IMG/VR virus record: IMGVR_UViG_3300017909_002920
Coordinates: 1 to 30,405 of that record
Length of the DNA: 30,405 bases
Direction: 5' to 3' (one strand)
Origin: a virus
Taxonomy: Duplodnaviria; Caudoviricetes
Shown here: piece after piece, positions 26,053-30,405 of the stretch
How the letters are laid out: the number at the start of each line of letters is the position of its first letter
Position numbering within the stretch: position 1 is the stretch's first letter
Program-made: the position numbers and the translations under genes
Notes under the pieces: generated by a model
What the model was told of the DNA's origin: nothing
Database searches by the model: none
Seen by the model: only the letters and a program-made list of their open reading frames with translations

Positions 26053-26378
26053 CACAAATCCACCACGCGGACAACGCGCCAACCGTTGGGCAGCTCCCAT
26101 GAATAGTGGACTTGATTGGGGAAGTTTGGCGTATCCACGCGCGTTGTTTTCGGTTCTTCCGGGGCAATCAGGTTGACGCATCCGTGCAACTGGATGGTCC
26201 GGGCGTCCGGATGAAGATGGTGGAACGTGATTGCCGCATAGTGTGGATGTTCCCCGTCAACCAATGGGCCGCGGGTAGTCAACGTCACCGTCCATTCCGC
26301 AATCCCGTCCATGCGGTCCACCACGTCTTCACACCAGGCAACCAAGTGGTCTTCCGTCAATCGGTCAAAGTCTTCCAT
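26052..26378 (-). CDS. Hypothetical early protein (108 aa)
   Basis: GAAGGGGG SD before ATG 26378 (MEDFDRLTED...). The 222-aa track ORF is over-extended into the control region. Confidence 0.7.
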   Translation of the reverse strand: MEDFDRLTEDHLVAWCEDVVDRMDGIAEWTVTLTTRGPLVDGEHPHYAAITFHHLHPDARTIQLHGCVNLIAPEEPKTTRVDTPNFPNQVHYSWELPNGWRVVRVVDL

Positions 26379-26388
26379 GGTTCCCCCT

Positions 26389-26574
26389 TCAAATGGCCAT
26401 GTACGTGAAAAGCAAGGCGAAAATAACAAACGCCCCAACCGCATCTTCAACCCACGCCGGCACGCCGGGGACGCCAGGCACGCCGGGGACCGTGGGCGGT
26501 TGTGGGACAGTTTGTGGGACATCGTGGGACAGTTCATCTTCCCGCGGGTCCAAGTAGTGATTGCCGTATTCCAT
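26389..26574 (-). CDS. First early gene: small membrane protein with VPG/VPQ repeats (61 aa)
   Basis: AGGAG SD; TVPQPPTVPGVPGVPGVPA followed by C-terminal hydrophobic AVGAFVIFALLFTYMAI. Confidence 0.7.
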   Translation of the reverse strand: MEYGNHYLDPREDELSHDVPQTVPQPPTVPGVPGVPGVPAWVEDAVGAFVIFALLFTYMAI

Positions 26575-26616
26575 GGTTTCTCCTGGGGTCCGCCGGGGAT
26601 GTCCGGGGACGCGGCA

Positions 26617-26640
26617 AGGGTATCACATTCCAAAGTGGAA
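26617..26640 (-). promoter_or_regulatory. Candidate early promoter (extended -10) with adjacent palindromic operator
   Basis: Minus-strand TG-A-TACCCT (26625 to 26617), about 40 nt before ATG 26574; inverted repeat TTCCA-AAG-TGGAA at 26628-26640; no good -35. Confidence 0.4.
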
Positions 26641-26690
26641 ATACCGCAAAATGGAGAAAAGTCGGAAGATTTTGGGGTAGATTTGGGGAG

Positions 26691-26967
26691 AAAGCCCACC
26701 ATCACGGGACTTTGGGCCATAGTGCAGGGTAGCGGGGTTGGCGTGTCAACCCTGCACTGACTTCATTCCGCTATTGATGGGGGCTTTGGGGTGGACAGTG
26801 CAAGGTAGTGCAGGGTTTTCCCTATAGAGCGGTTGTTGTTGTTCTATATGTATTCGGAGCCAAAAACCCTGCACTACCCTGCACTATTTGTCGAAAAGGC
26901 CCGTGAATAGCCCATTTAATCAGTGCAGGGTTGACGTGCCAACCCTGCACTGTACCGCAAAGCCCCC
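26691..26967. repeat. Symmetric iteron/palindrome array (probable replication origin, alternatively packaging site)
   Basis: AGTGCAGGGT occurs 8 times: forward at 26721, 26797 (1 mismatch), 26807 and 26922; reverse at 26749, 26866, 26876 and 26942. Confidence 0.9.
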
Positions 26968-26972
26968 TTGTA

Positions 26973-26981
26973 TGCTATGTT
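26973..26981 (+). promoter_or_regulatory. Candidate late-arm promoter (extended -10)
   Basis: TG-C-TATGTT just upstream of the AAGGAG SD and ATG 27003; no clear -35. Confidence 0.4.
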
Positions 26982-27002
26982 TTCACCAAAGGAGTCTTCA
27001 CC

Positions 27003-27254
27003 ATGGACCACCCTTCCGAACACTTGCCGGGAAAGGTACTTTCCCCGGAACAGATTGACCGCGCGCTTGCGGAGCTGGCGCCGGATGCGCTTGCGTGTGT
27101 TGAACGGGCCTTGCGCGGCACGCAACGCCCCAACCGCGTGCAAATGGATACGGCCTTCAAGGTTCTTGACCTGGCGCGGGAGTACACAATCCCGGAACTG
27201 GATGCGCCGGAAGTTGAGGAGCTGCGCAACGTGTTGACGTTGGTTGGGCGTTGA
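27003..27254 (+). CDS. Putative terminase small subunit (83 aa)
   Basis: AAGGAG SD; helical protein, TGATG-coupled to the large terminase; function assigned by position only. Confidence 0.6.
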   Translation: MDHPSEHLPGKVLSPEQIDRALAELAPDALACVERALRGTQRPNRVQMDTAFKVLDLAREYTIPELDAPEVEELRNVLTLVGR

Positions 27255-28825
27255 TGTTGCCGTTCATACCGGGGCGCGTGCCGCCGGGGATGCAGCTGCA
27301 AGTGGGCGGGATGCTGGCGGACCTTCCGGCCTTTTCCCAACTTCACCGGGTACAGGACAAGGATTCCAAACGGCCCGTTCCGTTTGTCCCGTCCCCTATG
27401 CAAACCAAGATATTTGAAGCGGTTGCCGCCGGATATAAGCGCATATTGGTGTTCAAGGCCCGCCAGGTATACGCGACCACGGGTTGCAAAATGGTCCTTC
27501 ACCATCTTGCGTATACAACGCCGCATGAAGCTATGTATGCGGTGATTTCCATGCGGGATGATAGCGCAACGGCCCTATTGGATGACGCCCGCCGTTGGCT
27601 TGAAGACCCGCCCGCCTTGCTTCAACGTCCTATCCGAACCAAGGCCCGTTCCCGCATCCAGTACGACGATACCGGGGCAAGCCTTCAAGCGTTTACTTCC
27701 CGTTCATCCACGGGGTTGCGGTCGTTCACGCCCGCGGCGGCGGTCCTATCGGAAGCGGCGTTTGCCCCGGACTTGGAAGAAACCCTTGCGCAGTTGGACG
27801 CGGCGGTTGGGGACGGACTGTTGATTTTGGAATCAACGGCAAACAACCCCGCGGACTTCTTTTCCCAAATGGTAAAGGCCGCACCGGAAAACGGTTGGCG
27901 ATTAATCACCATGTATTGGTGGGAACATCCGGCTTATTGTGACCCACCAGAAATGGTCCCCGCGGATTTCATGGGGACGTTGACCGACTATGAAAAGGAC
28001 CTTCAACGGGAGTACGGGCTAACGCCTGGCCAGCTCCATTGGCGGCGGCGGACGGAAGCCCGGATTGGTTCCACGTACAAGTTCCGGCGGGAGTACCCCG
28101 CGTGCATGGATGACGCGTTCATTGACCGGGAAGGCGGGTATTTTGAAGAAACCCTAATGGGGGACATCCATGTTGTGGAACACGCCCTTCACGGCAACGC
28201 CCACGGGCGGGAGATAGAATCGCCCCAACCCCACGACAAGTATGTAATGGGCGTGGATATTGGCGGCGGCGTGGGCGGGGACTACTCCGCACTATGCGTG
28301 GTATCCGTATCCACGCGCCAGGTTGTATACGCGGAACGAAACAACCGCATAACCCCGGCGGCGTGGGCGCATAGGGTTATCCAAGTGGCTTCCCGCTACA
28401 ATCAAGCGTTGGTCCTTGCGGAGTCAAACAACCACGGGCACGCGTTTCTATTGGAAATGGACACGTGCGGCTATCGCCAACAATGGCGCAACCCGCGCAC
28501 CGGGAAGCCTTGGGTAACCACGCTCCAAAGCAAGTTGGACGCCTTTGATACCTTGCGGGAATCCTTACAGTTGATGTCTATTTTGGACCGCCCAACGTGG
28601 TTGGAACTGCGGTCTTTGACCATCCCGCCAGGGAAAGTTGCACCGGAAGCCCCCAAAGGGGCATATGATGACGCGGCGGTTGCGTGCGCATTGGCGTTCC
28701 GTTGTTTGCGGGATGTTCCGGGGAGCTGGCGGACGCAAGCGTTACACTCAAACCGCACGCGGATTGATGACTTGATTACCAAAGCCCGTGCCCGCCGCAT
28801 CCGTTCTTCCGTCCTTCCGTTTTAG
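27254..28825 (+). CDS. terL: Terminase large subunit (523 aa)
   Basis: Q motif (PSPMQ), KARQ Walker A region, Walker B AVLSEAAF, LESTAN, and nuclease motifs MGVDIGGGVGGDYS, ESNNHG and YDDAAVACALA. Confidence 0.95.
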   Translation: MLPFIPGRVPPGMQLQVGGMLADLPAFSQLHRVQDKDSKRPVPFVPSPMQTKIFEAVAAGYKRILVFKARQVYATTGCKMVLHHLAYTTPHEAMYAVISMRDDSATALLDDARRWLEDPPALLQRPIRTKARSRIQYDDTGASLQAFTSRSSTGLRSFTPAAAVLSEAAFAPDLEETLAQLDAAVGDGLLILESTANNPADFFSQMVKAAPENGWRLITMYWWEHPAYCDPPEMVPADFMGTLTDYEKDLQREYGLTPGQLHWRRRTEARIGSTYKFRREYPACMDDAFIDREGGYFEETLMGDIHVVEHALHGNAHGREIESPQPHDKYVMGVDIGGGVGGDYSALCVVSVSTRQVVYAERNNRITPAAWAHRVIQVASRYNQALVLAESNNHGHAFLLEMDTCGYRQQWRNPRTGKPWVTTLQSKLDAFDTLRESLQLMSILDRPTWLELRSLTIPPGKVAPEAPKGAYDDAAVACALAFRCLRDVPGSWRTQALHSNRTRIDDLITKARARRIRSSVLPF

Positions 28826-28833
28826 GGGCTTCC

Positions 28834-30405
28834 ATGTTGGAACCTTCCGATATTCAAACCATCGTTACCCAACATGATGCGTATTGGGACCAAAGGCGGG
28901 ACCGTCTACAGGAATACAGACGGCTCTATATGACGCGGTTTTGGACCGCGGATAGGTACGATCGTATGGACGGGGTACAACGGACGGAAGTTCCCAAAGC
29001 GTATGCCGTGGTGGAATCGTACCTTGGTTCCTTGTACGCAAAAAACCCCGCGGTACGCGTGGAACCGGACTTGCGGGACCGCGGAAACCCGGAAGTAGCG
29101 CAAGCGACCGCCAACCAATACCTGTTGACCATCCGGGAACAGTTGGAAGACGCAACCCGCCTGGCGTTGATATACCCGGCGGCCTTTGTCAAACTTGCCC
29201 CGGTTGAAAATGTAGACCCGTTGAAGCGGGTTTCATGCGCGGCCCTTCCGCCTTGGGAAGTCATCGTTGACGCAACCGCATGTTCATGGGACCAACAACG
29301 GCACGTTGGGCACGTGTACCTAATGCCGTTGACGGAAGCGGGGGAGCGGTACGGTAAGGAGCTGGAAGCGTTCCGTTCCCGTGAGTACGTCAAATGGATT
29401 GAATCCACGGGCGTTGCGGGAAAGGACATCATGGTTGGGGTCAACCCCGGTCAAAGCGGCGTTTCCGATACGGACAAGTGGGTGCGTATCGTGGAAATGT
29501 ATGACCTTTTGGAAGATCGCCTGTTGGTATGGTCCCCCGACTATGACAACGGGCAATCCTTCCTGTTTGAAGGCGTCCGGGTCCAAGTGGGAGCGTTGGA
29601 CGTGGAAGCGGACGCGGAAGCGCCCACGCCGGAAGGGGAACTTCAACACGAAACAACCGGGATTCCGTACAAGTCCGCAAGCGGGCGTCCCGTTGTCCCA
29701 ATCGTTCCGTTGTACTTTTCAAGGGACCCGGACACGCCCTTGCGCGGGTACAGTTTGCTTTCCCGCTCCCGCGATCAGTTTACGGAAATGAATCTGTTGC
29801 GGACGTATCAGGCGCAAGGCGTCCGCCGGATGGCGCGTCAATGGATGGTCCGGGCGGGCTTCCTTGCGGAAGACGCGTGCGCGAAAATCTCCCAAGGCAT
29901 TGACGGGGAATTTGTGGAAGTTGACCTTCCGCCAGGAACACCGCTTGAAGGGAACATTCTTGCGGTACCCCAATCCCCAATCCCCGCGGACATCACGCTT
30001 TATGCGCAAACCGTTGACGCGGATATTCGGGACGCGGGACTATTGGCGCCTTTCACGCGTGGGGAAGTCACCAAATCCACGGCAACGGAACAAAACCTGT
30101 TGGCGGCCTATACGTCATCGGAGCTGGGGCGCATGGCCCGCATCCGGGACGCGGTAATCACGTCCCTTGCGATGACGTACAACGTCATGTTGTCCGTTGT
30201 CCTTGGGGATGACGCGGAACCGTTGGCGCTCCCCAATCCGGTTGGACCAACCATCCTTTCCGCGGACGATTTGACCGGGGACTTTGGGTATTGGGCCGTG
30301 GATGCGGGAACAACGCCAATGTCCGATTTGGCAAAACAACAGTCCCTTGAACGGCTTGCCCCGGTCCTTGTCCAGTTGGGCGCGGACCCGCGCCAAATCC
30401 TTGAA
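28834..30405 (+). CDS. Portal protein (575 aa in total; continues through the junction to a stop at 295-297; missing from the ORF track)
   Basis: Open frame from ATG 28834 (MLEPSDIQTIVTQHDAYWDQRRDRLQEYRRLY...SLYAKNPAV...PWEVIVD...RGEVTKSTATEQ) directly after terL; TATE-type motif and size fit P22-like portals. Confidence 0.9.
   Translation, partial: MLEPSDIQTIVTQHDAYWDQRRDRLQEYRRLYMTRFWTADRYDRMDGVQRTEVPKAYAVVESYLGSLYAKNPAVRVEPDLRDRGNPEVAQATANQYLLTIREQLEDATRLALIYPAAFVKLAPVENVDPLKRVSCAALPPWEVIVDATACSWDQQRHVGHVYLMPLTEAGERYGKELEAFRSREYVKWIESTGVAGKDIMVGVNPGQSGVSDTDKWVRIVEMYDLLEDRLLVWSPDYDNGQSFLFEGVRVQVGALDVEADAEAPTPEGELQHETTGIPYKSASGRPVVPIVPLYFSRDPDTPLRGYSLLSRSRDQFTEMNLLRTYQAQGVRRMARQWMVRAGFLAEDACAKISQGIDGEFVEVDLPPGTPLEGNILAVPQSPIPADITLYAQTVDADIRDAGLLAPFTRGEVTKSTATEQNLLAAYTSSELGRMARIRDAVITSLAMTYNVMLSVVLGDDAEPLALPNPVGPTILSADDLTGDFGYWAVDAGTTPMSDLAKQQSLERLAPVLVQLGADPRQILE
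30265..30405. repeat. Terminal direct repeat, right copy
   Basis: Identical to 1-141. Confidence 0.97.

Noticed and set aside
26379-26720. Upstream extension of the 222-aa minus ORF
   Set aside because: It crosses the 61-aa gene and the promoter region; an SD-supported ATG exists at 26378.
26691-26967. CRISPR-like mini-array
   Set aside because: Units are 10 bp, in both orientations, irregularly spaced and without unique equal-length spacers; no cas genes. It fits iterons better.
1-30405. Stop-codon reassignment
   Set aside because: TAG, TAA and TGA all end well-supported genes (scaffold and terL TAG; cement TAA; capsid TGA), and coding density is already near complete under the standard code.

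Overview
The window is an apparently complete, circularly assembled genome (30,264 bp unique plus a 141-bp end overlap) of a ~60% GC tailed phage with a podovirus/P22-like layout. The + strand late arm runs from 27003 across the window junction to 20942. It encodes putative small terminase, large terminase, portal (split by the window ends), a stand-alone WYL-like protein, scaffold, major capsid, cement, adaptor, nozzle, three fibre-like paralogs, three DNA-ejection proteins, and a lysis region interleaved with small basic proteins. The - strand early arm (26574 down to 20906) encodes small unknown ORFs, a ribbon-helix-helix regulator, an AEP primase fused to a VapE-type helicase, ERF recombinase, RuvC-like resolvase, PD-(D/E)XK exonuclease and SSB. 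A divergent non-coding region between the arms holds a symmetric 8-iteron palindrome (probable origin or pac site). I recognised no integrase, DNA polymerase, methyltransferase, tRNA or CRISPR array. The main leads are: (1) the capsid-operon 3' UTR is complementary to a shared RBS motif of three early genes, a candidate late-to-early antisense switch; (2) a structured capsid leader and a WYL-fold protein lie in the same module; (3) genome-wide GAG/CTC avoidance coexists with strong enrichment of GGAGCTGG and CCTGGCG; (4) a YkgJ-endolysin reading frame has another gene nested inside it. All protein calls come from motif recognition by eye, not database searches.
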